A stretch of 64,000 nt of DNA from positions 1 through 64,000 of the forward strand of contig NIVC01000664.1 of assembly GCA_002269645.1 (NCBI GenBank), written 5' to 3'. The DNA is from Macrostomum lignano. Taxonomy: Eukaryota. A model generated the notes under the pieces. That model did no database searches. It saw nothing but the letters and a program-made list of their open reading frames with translations, and was not told the origin of the DNA. A program made the translations under genes and the position numbers. Positions within the stretch are counted from its first letter, which is position 1. Every line of letters begins with the position of its first letter. Positions 13,460 to 25,622 of this stretch are shown here, in pieces.

Positions 13460-14583
13460 CCAAACCATTTCAGCCATGTACATTTCGCCCCTAGACCATT
13501 TCGCCCATAGTCCGTTTCACCCATAAACCAGTTCGGAAATGGGCATTTCGGCCAAAATGGTGATTTTAGAGATACAGCCATACATGTATCTTTATTTCTT
13601 TTTTCAATGCTAATTTTTAGTTTTAATTTGTAATAAAATATGATCTGAATTGTTGCCACAACAATTGTGTTATTGCATTATTGCAATTTTGTTTATTACG
13701 ATTGAGAATTAATAAAATTATGAGTTTTTTTAAAGTCATTCCTTTTCAAAAGTGCATCAATTATTTAAACCAATTTGTACAATCAGAGGGTGAGAAAGGA
13801 TTTCTCGATCAATTAAAGCACAAAGCATAAAACTGTGATAAAATATAAAAGTAAAAATGCTATATAAAATTAGTCATTTCAATCAAAGCACAAAGTGTAA
13901 AACCCTGATCAAGTAAAGTAAAAATGGCTAGATTTATACCTTTTCATAACTTACAATTTTTTCACACAGTAGACATAAATTACTACCTAGCTGCATCCAT
14001 ATAGTCCACAGAGTTGCTAAGATCTATAGTTTTGTAAAAATTTGTAGAAGTCAGCTAGCTAGCTACTGTGTTCGTTTAAATTGCCTTCAAATCTATATAG
14101 TCTATAATTTGCGTGTACTATAGTCATACAAGCTGAGTTTTGCAAATATAATGTACAATATGTATCTGCAAGGCTAGTCAATGAATAATCAATAAATTAA
14201 ACTGCACTGTACATTTTGGCCTAGAATGAATTGAATGGAATTGAAGTTACAATGTACATGTATTAGTGTTATTTCTCAGTCAGCCAGTAATGCAATACAT
14301 GTGCTCACGCTCAATTTGCAATCATAATTTTAGTATACATTAGTATATAGATTGTTGGTGTTTTAGCCCTGGAGTGGGGTGGCTACTATTGAACCTCGCT
14401 TATAATAAATCGTATTGTTGCGCCCATGTTCATTTCAACCCTGGTCCGAATTGGAGGCGAAACGGTCCATGGCTGAAATGGTCTGTGGGCGAAACGGTCT
14501 GTGAGCAAAATGGTCTGTGAGCAAAATGGTCTGAGGGCAAAATGTCCATGGCCAAAATGGTTTATAGGCAAAATGACCGGTTA
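13460..14583. mobile_element. Probable non-autonomous DNA element with inverted subterminal ~15-bp repeat arrays
   Basis: accatttcgccc-type repeats at 13477-13560 face aaatggtctgtgagc-type repeats at 14460-14580. Confidence 0.45.
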
Positions 14584-15118
14584 AAAATAATTTGACCTTG
14601 TTTGTTTGTTAAAAATATAATTAGCCTTTGACCTTGTATAGTCATTATTGTCAATATCTTTAAGGAAACAATATTTCAATAAAAAGGCAAAAAATTGCCT
14701 TCAAAGCCAGCTATTTATTCAGCATGTCAAGCTGTGAAATTTTAGCTTTTTAGCCCTTATAAGACATGGCATTTTAGTTATCCATTGAGCTTTAAGCCCA
14801 TTGCATTTTGATCCCATTGCCTGATCCATATCTTCATCCATAGCTAATTTTATTAATTTCCTATAACTATCAATAACTTTAAATGGTATTAAATCTACTA
14901 ACCTCACCATATCAACTATACAATATATGTCAAGTATGTAGAACATCTATAGCTTGAATCTCCAATCCTAGTGACTCAAAGTTTCTACACAGCTGAAGCT
15001 TATGTAAGATTATAAAATTTTTATCCTTCACTTCTGGCTTAAAATGTTTATTGGACTGATATAGGTAAACAAAGAAAGAATGCATTTACCTAGACATTGA
15101 AGTCAGTTTCTATCGAGT

Positions 15119-15929
15119 ATGGGAAACTCCTGCATCACAAGAAGAGAAGATGATTTTGCTTTGTCATTTCTACCTGGAGATGGACCTCATCAAGCTGTTC
15201 ATTCCATCCGGCGCATCAGCCAAAGTCGCTTCATTGTTGGCAGCGGAGGGTTTGACGGGATTCCAGACCTGATGGCTCCGTATGGTAGCAGGGCTGGCAG
15301 TGTACGGCAGCACATCCGGCAGATGCTGAAATTTGTGGTGCAGAACTACGATAAGTAAGCTTTGTTGATTAACTCCGCTGTAGTCAGTGGAATGGGCAGA
15401 ATTGGGTGTGTAAACTTAAATTTGTACCTATGAAAGAAATATAAGCAAAAATTAACGTAATTTTGAGTAAATGGCAAGAGTAACTATGACTGTATTATCA
15501 AGGCTAAATGCTTCGTCATCTAATTAGTAATGCGTCTATTTTGGTGGGTATTTTTGCGACTTACCTTGGCTGCTCGGCCGGGTGTTGCGCATGTACGGTT
15601 GGAACTGAAGGTTTAAAGGTTGATGCTTCAGAATTGGGACTGAAAAAGAAGCATTGATTTAAAGAAACACTGAATGAGAAATACTGCTCACAGATCAGGT
15701 TTCATGCCTTGTACCTGCTCACACTTGTACTCAAACAGCGATGCCAAGGATCTGCAGAAGCGCAACGTGCTGTTTCAACTGCACGGCTTGTCCGCTTCGG
15801 AACGGCCTTTTCTGCTGGTTATTGACGTGCTGCTGGATGAGGTGCCCATCGATCACAGCCTCAGCAGCAGCATCGTTGCCATGGTGATCTGCGGCGGCTG
15901 TCTGCCAACTAAGGTGGGGAGACACTGGT

Positions 15930-15980
<51 letters not shown>

Positions 15981-15995
15981 GTCTGTCTGTCTTAG

Positions 15996-16044
<49 letters not shown>

Positions 16045-16055
16045 TTCTGCCTGCC

Positions 16056-16088
<33 letters not shown>

Positions 16089-16091
16089 GCC

Positions 16092-16140
<49 letters not shown>

Positions 16141-16171
16141 GTCTGTCTGTCTTAGTGTCTGTCTGTCTTAG

Positions 16172-16216
<45 letters not shown>

Positions 16217-17871
16217 TTCTGCCTGCCTGTCTTTCTGCCTGCCTGCCTGTCTGTCTGTCTGTCTGTCTGTCTGCCTGTCTGTCTGTCTGTCTGTCTGCCT
16301 GTCTGTCTGTCTGTCTATCTGTCTGTCTGTCTGTCTGTCTGTTTGTTTGTCTATCTGTCTGTCTGTCTGTCTGTCTGTTTGTTTGTTTGTCTATCTGTCT
16401 GTCGGTTCTGTCTGTCGGTCTGTCTGTCTGTCTGTCTGCCTGCTTGTCTGTCTATCTGCCCTCTCCCCGCCTGCCTCGCAGGAGCTACTGACAGACTTCA
16501 TGTCTCTGCTAGGCCTGTCCACGCCCTCTTCGGAGACCCGGCAGAAGAACGCCCTGACCGCAGTGGCCGCATTCGCTGGCCGTCTGTCTGGCGCTCTGTC
16601 TGACTGGCTGGCCACGGACGCTCTGCTGGCGTTCGTTCACAGTCGGCTGGCCCGGCTGTGTCCGGCCGCCGTGTCCGAGGCCGGACTGCGTCCCTACCGG
16701 GAGCCATCGGATCCGGGACAGCGGGCTGAGCGGCTTCAAGTGGCTCTGGCGGCTGCCCTGCTTCTGCAGACATTCATGCACACGTGTGAGCTGCCTAGCT
16801 GTGATTGGGGTGAGGGCACTCTACCCCCCTTAGATCCACTAAACAGTATCAATACCCGAGTATAGCCAAAAACCAACAGGTGTAAACATTGAAAAACAAA
16901 AGCTTTGTAAACAACTCATTAGTGACTCTAGCGACCCCGAGGCGACTCTTGACTTTTTAACAAATCAAACGATTGCAATGCGACGAAGAGGCGACTGTTC
17001 AGTCACGAACGCATCACGTGGGTTGCAGAATCATAAGAGAGTCGCGAAAAAGCCATCCAACAGTTGTTGTGTTAGCGCTTCATTTTTCTGGCTCATGTAG
17101 ATTTAATAGAGTTGTTATCAATGCGAAATGCGATGATTTTTTTATTCATACAGTGATGCAGATGCGCTTTTTTAGAAGATACGAATCTACAGCTCCAGAG
17201 CCTCGAAGTGACTCTCTTTGACGACTTTTTTGTCGACTTGTACCGTGACATCTCGTTTTAAAGTCGTTTGGGGTAGTCTCCCTTTTTCAACTAAATAGAT
17301 GGCGAGGCATTTAGGTTTAATAATACAGTTATAGTTACTCCGGCCGTTTACCCAAATTACGCAAATTTTTGCTTAGGTTTTTTTTCCATAGATAAGTCGC
17401 ATTTTTGGTAAAAAAAACTTTGCGCCGCAGTCTGCGAACCCGAGCGTCAGCGCCTCCTCGGCCGCCTGTCCAACAACTCGGATGCGTCCGTCTGTCGTCC
17501 GAGTTTCGTTGCCCTCCTGTCCGAGCTGGAGTGGCGTTTCGGCCAGTCCGGTCACGGCCCGGCCAGACAGTTGAGCTGCCTGTCCACCGGCCTGCTAGAC
17601 GGCTATCTGAGACCGGCTGGCCGACTGTCTGCCTGGCTTGCTGAGCCCGCACTCAGCAGCCGGGCTCGAGTTTGCTGCCTGCTGAGTCCGACTGAGTCCA
17701 CCGATGCTGTGCAGATTCTGCCCAGCGGCCTGGAGGCTCGGTCCGATGCGCCCGGGTTCGAGACCGCCGTGGCTGCCTGCAGTGTCGGAGTGGGCAGCGG
17801 CAACTGCTGTCGGTGGTACTTTGAGGTCACCCTGGTCACCGCTGGGGTCATGCAGGTGAGAGAGATAGATA

Positions 17872-17945
<74 letters not shown>

Positions 17946-19154
17946 GCCCTAACGCAAGCATTGTACTAACCACCGCCAACTCAGCTTAACTTGCATTTGC
18001 TATTTAATCTTTGTTTATTAGACCGTGTCGAGCAGTAGTCTGTAGGACCATTGGTGACTCCTTTAATGCTTTAATAGCCTTAAGACTCGCAAAACTGTTG
18101 GTGGGCTGGCTTTTGTCCATAGACGTCTGCGGGGTCAAGGCTCCAGCGAACTTCAGCAGCTTCTCACACTGTGGCCTCTGTTCTAACAGCAGATAGAGCA
18201 CGGCTTCTCCTTTAAGCTTGATTTCTCTAGAGCAGAGCAACAGAAGCAGTGCTTCATTCCCACTCACTGTATATTATGGAATGCTCCAGCTGCAGCATTA
18301 GCTAATCCTGGCGTCAAGCAATCTACGATAGGACTAGGGTCCAGAGCAGCTCAGCGATAAACACGTCTTGTCGTAAAGACAATTAGAAAGTCAGGACCTC
18401 TGTACACGGTTGCGTGGCACGAAGGCGTAAACGTTAAAGTAAACTGCTCTTCCGCCAGATCGGCTGGGCCTCCACCGACACGCCGCTGCTCCGCGACGAA
18501 GGTCTCGGCGTTGGCGACGACGCGGCCAGCGTCGCTATCGACGGCTGCCGCTGCTGCCTGTGGCACCGCGGCCGGCAGGACAAGCGGCGCTATCGCTGGC
18601 GTCGCTGGCGAGTTGGAGACGTTGTCGGCTGCCTGCTGGAATTTTCAGCCAATCAGCAGCAGCAGCAGCAACCGCAGTCGGCCGGCGGCTGGGCCGCTGC
18701 CCGCTTCAGCCTGAACGGCGCCTGGTCCAGCGCCGGCACCGCCGTCCGCCTCCCAGCCGTCGGGGCGGCCTACCGGCCAGCCGCCAGTCTGATGGCCAGC
18801 CAGCAGCTTCGGTTCAACTTTGGCGGCTCCGAGCAGCCGTTCCGCTACCGACCTCCGATCTCGGCTTCGACGTCAGCCATTGTCACGTCGCCAATAGATT
18901 TTGCGGCGGAAGCGTCGGGCGTTTCATCGGCTGATCGGCGACTTCTCGGCCTGCCCTGGCCGCTGGCCGTGCGGGAGCGGCGCTTCAACCTCACGCAGAC
19001 GGCGTCGCCGACAGCTGCGACTTGCATTGTGTGCGTCGACAGGCCCGGCGACGTCCGGCTAATGCCGTGCGGACACACCGGCCTGTGTCGGGTCTGCTCC
19101 GCTCGGCTGTCCGCCTGCCCGTTCTGCCGAGTTGAACTGGCCGGCATCGAGTGA
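15119..19154 (+). CDS. RSPRY1: RING finger and SPRY domain-containing protein 1: join(15119..15354,15739..15913,16482..16785,17431..17855,18459..19154), ~611 aa
   Basis: N-terminal MGNSC; VPIDHSL...LPTK; SPRY motifs [61 protein letters not shown]; C-terminal C3HC4 RING CIVC..MPCGH..LCRVC..CPFCR. All junctions are GT-AG and in phase. Confidence 0.93.
15929..16455 (+). repeat. (TCTG)n microsatellite in RSPRY1 intron 2
   Basis: Direct inspection. Confidence 0.97.
17873..17943 (+). repeat. (AG)n microsatellite in RSPRY1 intron 4
   Basis: Direct inspection. Confidence 0.97.
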
Positions 19155-19286
19155 CGTCAGCATCGCGCGTCTGATTTTTTATACAAAATTTGCTGAATTG
19201 CCGCGCTTCAAGCGGCTTCATTTTTTATGTGCTAATCATGTGAGCCGGAGCTGCTGCACTTTGCCTTTTGGCCAAAACCTCAACTT

Positions 19287-19715
19287 CACCCTCTCCTGAC
19301 CTACCCTAACACCAGAGTGCACCCTCTCCTGACCTACCCTGACACTCCAGAGTGCACCCTCTCCTGACCTACCCTGACACTCCAGAGTGCACCCTCTCCT
19401 GACCTACCCTGACACTCCAGAGTGCACCCTCTCCTGACCTACCCTGACACTCCAGAGTGCACCCTCTCCTGACCTACCCTGACACTCCAGAGTGCACCCT
19501 CTCCTGACCTACCCTGACACTCCAGAGTGCACCCTCTCCTGACCTACCCTGACACTCCAGAGTGCACCCTCTCCTGACCTACCCTGACACTCCAGAGTGC
19601 ACCCTCTCCTGACCTACCCTGACACTCCAGAGTGCACCCTCTCCTGACCTACCCTGACACTCCAGAGTGCACCCTCTCCTGACCTACCCTGACACTCCAG
19701 AGTGCACCCTCTCCC
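19287..19715 (+). repeat. 35-bp minisatellite, ~12 copies
   Basis: Unit accctctcctgacctaccctgacactccagagtgc in head-to-tail copies with no spacers. Confidence 0.97.
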
Positions 19716-20399
19716 CCAGAGTGAGCCCTGAGTTCCGAGTGATTAATTGTTTCTCAGGGCTGGAATTGAGTCTCTAAACCAGCACATGAGTCATGCTATT
19801 GTTTTTCGTAACAGTTCAATAATCAATAAATTGTATCCAGGTCACACAACCGCTTTCTGCTAGTCTCGGTTGCTTTACAATAATAATGGACACAGAATTT
19901 GAACTGTCATTGAAGCTTTTCGTCATCATCTGCTTGTGGTGTCCTCTTCCGCAATATCTAGCAATGTCTGTATTGAAGTGTTTATAATTTTTGTTCCAAA
20001 TTGCAATTAATATTTTTGCTTTGCAAAAGTAGAAGAGCTTGTGCAACTGATAAAATTTGTACCTGTTAACTCCAAGTGTGCTATATTTTTGGTCAGTAAA
20101 ATCAAGCAAAAATGATTGTCTCTCCGCTCGCTCTTTCCCGTCAGAGAATTCTCATTCCCATTATGGGACGCAAATATCCTGTCATAAAATTTCAGTTTTG
20201 TTTACTTATTAAAAAAACAAGCATCAAATTTTGGCCACAACATGAATTTGCGCGTTTGTTACTACTTAAATTATTTAATAGTAGTAGTACATAAAGTTAG
20301 GTCAGTGATGCGTTCACAAAAATTTCAATGGGTGGCACTTACCCGTAACTTACCTACCGTACGGAATTCTTTGCTACTGTGGATGGCCGCATTTCTCAC

Positions 20400-21517
20400 C
20401 TGGTTCGCAAACGCTCTCGAATACCGAATAGCCTGCATAGCTGCCCGGACTCCAGGAAGCTGATCCAATTTGGCAGCTCGAATCTGAGCTCTGCTCAATC
20501 AGCACCGAGCCATCGAGCTCAGGAAGTAGCAGGCGGCGGTCGCCGCACCCGACTCCGGATGCTGCGTAGGCGAGTCTCAGAGTGGCGCCGCTGTTGAATT
20601 CGGCAGTTCCGGTCGCAGAGTTGGAGCTCAGGCAGCCAGATGTGAGGCTCAGGTAGTGGCTGGAGGTCTCAACCGACCTGAAAGATACGGAATTCGGCTG
20701 GCCGCTCAGCCCGGCTCGCTCAGCGAATACCGAAGCGCTGGATTGATTGCCTATCAGCGCACACCTGGTGCCAGGTGCGCACAGCAAGTAGGTATCCGTC
20801 TTGGGCTCTCGCAGTCGCAGGTGTCCGGACGGACACCAGGCCCTGTCTGCAGCGCAAAGATGAGCAGATTAATGTTAATGAAGAACTATGCAATCTCAAC
20901 ACTAAAATGAGCAGACTCACAATCGACGCAGTGAAAGGAGAGCGCTGAGTCCGACTTGAACAGGTCATCTCCAGGCCAGTTGGACTTCGTCAGGTAGTAA
21001 CTCTGATGCCGGATCCTCTGGTCCGGGAACCGCACCGGACTGATGCGCCAGTGGTTGCAGAACTCCGATGCGATGATTGTGAAACTGGCCGACTGTCTGA
21101 AACTGGCTGAGTCCGATTTCACCTGAAAGTAAAATTTGGTGCCGCTGGTGACCAAGTAGAAGTCGGGCCTCGCAGCGTCAGAGATGGACACAGCGCTGGG
21201 AGTTCCGTCCAGAGCGGGCTCGAGCTGCATCTGCAGCGGAGGGCTCGACGTTGAGATGAGGACTCTGGAGGTGGAGTCGCAGGTCCAGAAGTGATTGGAG
21301 AAGGGTCCGTAGGCCATGATCATGAAGGTGGCACAGGAGATGTTCTGTCCTAGAAAATGTGTGTAACAAAAGTACTCATACTTGAGTGCGATACATGTAA
21401 CTCGCAATCTGCAGTTGAAGCTCAAGCAGCTGTTTGCATAGGCAGTTAAATTATCTTCTTACCTGCAACTCCGGCTAAGTAGAAAATAAGGCTGCTGAGA
21501 AGCAGCAGGCTTAACAT
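20400..21517 (-). CDS. Secreted tandem AbfB/CBM42 beta-trefoil protein, copy 1: exons 21517-21463 (signal), 21349-20921, 20846-20400; last exon unresolved
   Basis: Signal peptide MLSLLLLSSLIFYLAGVAG; AbfB-like repeats ALDGTPSAVSIS..RPDFYL..FRQSASF, RFPDQRIRH..LFKSDSA and GLSGQPNSVSFRS..SHYL..EFNSGATL; phase-1 introns. Confidence 0.75.
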
Positions 21518-21730
21518 TACTCGGATTCTAGTTGACAGGATTAGTTGTTTGCTCAGTGCAGTGCAGAAAGATGCTTGACGGGGTTAAACTTCGTATTCTG
21601 CGTGTTTAAAATACTCTGTTAAAGTGTTTAAAATATGGCTTTTGAGGCGTCGTCCAATCAGGTGTTGCGTCTACTTTAATTGGTTAGAGACGTTCTGTCG
21701 GTCGGTGCTTTTCTAGTGACAATTGTGACA

Positions 21731-22686
21731 ACAGCTGTGTCCTATTTCAGCTGTGTCCTTTTTCAGCTATGTCCTATTTCAGCTATGTCCTATTTCAGCT
21801 GTGTCCTATTTCAGCTGTGTCCTATTTCAGCTGTGTCCTATTTCAGCTGTGTCCTATTTCAGCTATGTCCTATTTCAGCTGTGTCCTATTTCAGTCCTAT
21901 TTCAGCTGTGCCATATTTCAGCTGTTTCCTATTTCAGCTGTGTCCTATTTCAGCTGTGTCCTATTTCAGCTGTGTCCTATTTCAGCTGTGTCCTATTTCA
22001 GTCCTATTTCAGCTGTGCCATATTTCAGCTGTTTCCTATTTCAGCTGTGTCCTATTTCAGCTGTGTCCTATTTCAGCTGTGTCCTATTTCAGCTATGTCC
22101 TATTTCAGCTGTGTCCTATTTCAGCTGTGTCCTATTTCAGCTGTGTCCTATTTCAGCTGTGTCCTATTTCAGCTATGTCCTATTTCAGCTGTGTCCTATT
22201 TCAGTCCTATTTCAGCTGTGCCATATTTCAGCTGTTTCCTATTTCAGCTGTGTCCTATTTCAGCTGTGTCCTATTTCAGCTGTGTCCTATTTCAGCTGTG
22301 TCCTATTTCAGTCCTATTTCAGCTGTGCCATATTTCAGCTGTTTCCTATTTCAGCTGTGTCCTATTTCAGCTGTGTCCTATTTCAGCTGTGTCCTATTTC
22401 AGTCCTATTTCAGTCCTATTTCAGCTGTTTCCTATTTCAGCTGTTTCCTATTTCAGCTGTGTCCTATTTCAGCTATGTCCTATTTCAGCTGTGTCCTATT
22501 TCAGTCCTATTTCAGCTGTGCCATATTTCAGCTGTTTCCTATTTCAGCTGTGTCCTATTTCAGCTGTGTCCTATTTCAGCTGTGTCCTATTTCAGCTATG
22601 TCCTATTTCAGCTGTGTCCTATTTCAGCTGTGTCCTATTTCAGTTGTGTCCTATTTCAGCTGTGTCCTTTTTCAGCTGTGTCCTAT
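21731..22686 (+). repeat. 16-bp satellite (CAGCTGTGTCCTATTT)n, left part
   Basis: Direct inspection; the same unit and orientation recur at 39205-39626. Confidence 0.97.
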
Positions 22687-23564
22687 TATAAGGATTCAAT
22701 TTCACATGCATGTAGGCCTTAGGGACTATTTAGGGACTATCGTAGGAACTATTAGGAATAGGACTTAGGATTTAGGAAATTAGGGAATTGCATTGTTATC
22801 AGAGCGTGGTGGAGTGTAGCAGTTGTAGACAGCTGCACTCTTACAAAAAGCCACAAGTGCTTGATGACGGCATTGCAAAGGGCGAGTGCAGGCCGCCCTA
22901 AAAGTCTGCTTCCACTTTAGAGGGGTTGTATGCCTTTATGTGGGGCGGGGTTCAAATACATTTTTTAACAGAGGCATTTCAGGAATCGCACGAGAAAGGG
23001 GAACCGTGAGAATCGGCCGGAATTGCGCGGTGGCTGGAAGACGTGGGAAATGATAACGCAGACAGTTTCACAGGGACTTCATCGGGGAAATTTACTATAA
23101 ATAAGCGAGGGGTTAAATGCTAAAAACTTTACCTTTTCTCACTCTCTTTTCACTCTCTTTTACACGCCTTGTATTAACTTTTGGATTGCTTAATAGTTTC
23201 TAAATCACGACGACCGCTTCTGCAGACACCTGTGACCGGAGGGTAAGACTGAGCACTGCCATGACTATAGATTTATGAATATTAGCGTATCGGTCTCAGA
23301 CCAGGTAGATAGGCGTAATTTATATATATATATATAATAGATTAATAGGAGTATTTGAGTAGCTTAGTTATACCGTAGTGTCTCAGACTTATTCTCCCTG
23401 CTTGTAGCTCGCTTATTTGCTTATTAATACAAACGTTGAAAATGCAGTAGTAAATATAATTATATGGTTGATCGGTAAATAACATCCAAGCATATTCTAC
23501 CTCGTTTGCGTTACTATTAATTATATGTAAGGTTCTTAGTTTGCGGCCAACTAGGAAACTTATA
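22687..23564 (+). mobile_element. Candidate 5' LTR (878 bp) with TATAAG...CTTATA termini
   Basis: 6-bp inverted termini, internal TATA-like ctataaataa (~23095), and a PBS-like motif 2 nt downstream followed by gag. No 3' LTR in the window. Confidence 0.6.
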
Positions 23565-23566
23565 TT

Positions 23567-23577
23567 TGGCGACCACG
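23567..23577 (+). promoter_or_regulatory. Primer-binding-site-like TGGCGACCACG
   Basis: TGG start 2 nt after the candidate LTR end, resembling Ty3/gypsy TGGCGACC PBSs; the cognate tRNA was not identified. Confidence 0.6.
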
Positions 23578-24452
23578 CTAAAAGGTTATTTAGAGGGACT
23601 TTGCCAGGATAGTCTTGATAGCTGCCCAATTATTATGTCTGGCGCATAATTCAGCAAAAGCTGACGCAGCACCTAGGTTTATTATTGAATTATTAAATTA
23701 TTTATAATTTGGACATGCATGTCATTAATTTAGTAGGACAGTGGCCAGTTGACTTTTGAAGTCACATTTTCAGCGCCAGTCAATAAAATATTTGTTTAAT
23801 ATTTTGGCCACAGAAACTTTATATTAAAGAGGTACCTCAGAGAGTGGCACACAAGGTGACCACAAATTAGGTGGTAAGGCAATATTTCGCGCGAGCCAAA
23901 TCCACCCCTTTAGTGAGCGCATTGCATGGTTCGGTCGTGGAAGACTCAGGAAAGCTCGAGACTAACCTATTCAACCATTTTCTTTCTTTAGGCTACATAT
24001 TACCTGTTCAACCTGTTCTTGGGATTAGCCACCCTGGTATTATTCGTTACCGAATAGCCGGTCAAAGTGCTCCAAGTCATCTTCAAACTTCCGAACCGAG
24101 TGACGTGCACACAAAAGGACCTAAGGTTGCTGTGAGTTATATATATATATGAGATATTTGTCCCACAATAGCAAAAGAAAAGGAATATTATTAGGGCAGT
24201 CTATTAAATTTATATTTCAAGACTATATGTGTTTAGCACAAATTTAACAACAGATTATTTGTCTAAATAAGATATCGATATCTACTTTGATTACAAAACC
24301 TGGCAAGCTATTGGTTAAGAAATAAGAAAAAGTCCCCGAAGAGCTCTGATCAAATATCAGAAGTAGATCATATAAACGAAGAAGCAATAGAGAGTGAGAT
24401 AAACTCCACGCTGGTAGAAGACTCCGCCGCATCAGAAAGTGTTAGAAATTCA

Positions 24453-25622
24453 TTGCTGGAAACATTAGTGACAGAAACAGGTTCTGGAGATTTCACAAGT
24501 GAATTTAACGACATAGTAGGAAGAAATCAGAATCAAGGCAATCTAAGAGCTGATCAAGAAATAGGAGAATCCGAAGCCGAAGTCGAAACAGAAGAAATAG
24601 AGGTAGAAAAAGAAGAAGAAGAAGAGGTTGAAGTCGAAACAGACGAAGCCGAACCAGAAGAAACAGAAGAAGCAGAAGTGGACGAACAACCAGAAGCAGG
24701 AGCAGGTGGAGGAGACGACGCCGAAATGGCAGCAGGAATCGGATCAACGATCACTGCAATGGAAAAGATGGTCAAACCACTTGCACTTTTTGGAGATGTA
24801 GCCAAATTTTTGGACGACTTTGATACAGCGTCTGAGGTTTTCAATGTAACGGCTGCAAATAAACTAAGAATTTTTCCATTCTTTCTTGAACGACAAGTGA
24901 TGGAGATCTATAGAGCGATTCCGAATGAAAGGAAAGCTACTTATGCGCACATGGCTGAAGCACTGAAGGAAGAAATGCGAAATTACGCTCCTAACGACGT
25001 TGTCACAATGACCCAGTTAACAGCTAGAAAGCAAAAGGAAGGCGAGAAATTCATGCACTTTTACAACGATATTCGTCAACTTGTTCAGAAAATGGTGAAC
25101 GCAGAAGGAATTGAACCAGGCGCGGAAGGGAATCGCGAATTAATGCGAAGACAGGCCGAAAAGTTGGTCGTGCGGTATGCAATTAGTAATTCGCGCATCT
25201 ATCTCCGCAACAAACTACTGGAGGAAAATATCCAGACTACCCAGCAATTGCTAAGCCGAGCAAACCACTTCGAGTCGGTCGAGCCACTTAGGACGGAGAC
25301 AGAAGCTCAACTCGACAGCATCAATAAGAAACTAGAGGTAATGGCCTTGCAGATGGATGGCAATGCTGGAGGTCAACGGAGAGAATGGACGTACAGCCAT
25401 CCTAGAGACAATGGATGGCAGAACCACTGGCAAAACCAATATAGAGGTCAGCAAAACCCAAGAGGATGGCAGCCTCGAGGATTTAATCCTCAAAATCAGT
25501 GGAATCGAGGAAGAGGAAATCGAGGCCAAGGAGGAAACCCAAGAGGATATTGGAACAGAGGATCTTTTGCCAACAACCAAGGATATGGTCGAGGAAATCG
25601 TGGACGAGGCGGACGATACTGA
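24453..25622 (+). CDS. Ty3/gypsy-type Gag-like protein (acidic N-terminus, capsid-like core, RGG-rich C-terminus, no CCHC)
   Basis: FGDVAKFLDDF..KLRIFPFFL..IYRAI..TYAHMAEAL..LTARKQKEGEKFMHFYNDIRQL fits the retrotransposon gag pattern. Confidence 0.75.
   Translation: MLETLVTETGSGDFTSEFNDIVGRNQNQGNLRADQEIGESEAEVETEEIEVEKEEEEEVEVETDEAEPEETEEAEVDEQPEAGAGGGDDAEMAAGIGSTITAMEKMVKPLALFGDVAKFLDDFDTASEVFNVTAANKLRIFPFFLERQVMEIYRAIPNERKATYAHMAEALKEEMRNYAPNDVVTMTQLTARKQKEGEKFMHFYNDIRQLVQKMVNAEGIEPGAEGNRELMRRQAEKLVVRYAISNSRIYLRNKLLEENIQTTQQLLSRANHFESVEPLRTETEAQLDSINKKLEVMALQMDGNAGGQRREWTYSHPRDNGWQNHWQNQYRGQQNPRGWQPRGFNPQNQWNRGRGNRGQGGNPRGYWNRGSFANNQGYGRGNRGRGGRY

Noticed and set aside
15674-16491. SVCL-repeat ORFs
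   Set aside because: (TCTG)n intron microsatellite; the real exons are embedded at the ends.
19287-19715. 35-bp (and 40-bp at 48294, 47-bp at 38674) repeats of CRISPR-like length
   Set aside because: Head-to-tail copies with no unique spacers and no cas genes, in a eukaryotic context.
19816-20190. CUB-like hints (YCG..SNSVSI) downstream of AbfB copy 1
   Set aside because: No in-phase open exon could be built from the phase-1 donor.
22681-22686. tcctat as a 6-bp TSD for the composite element
   Set aside because: The motif occurs in every satellite unit, so it cannot serve as evidence.
21680-22768. Long ORFs (SYFSCVLFQLCPI)n, also 39029-39710
   Set aside because: Stop-free translation of the 16-bp satellite.
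22715-22790. TTAGG(G)-like motifs (also ttagggttagggttag at ~53784)
   Set aside because: Too short and degenerate to be a telomeric array; the first lies inside the candidate LTR.
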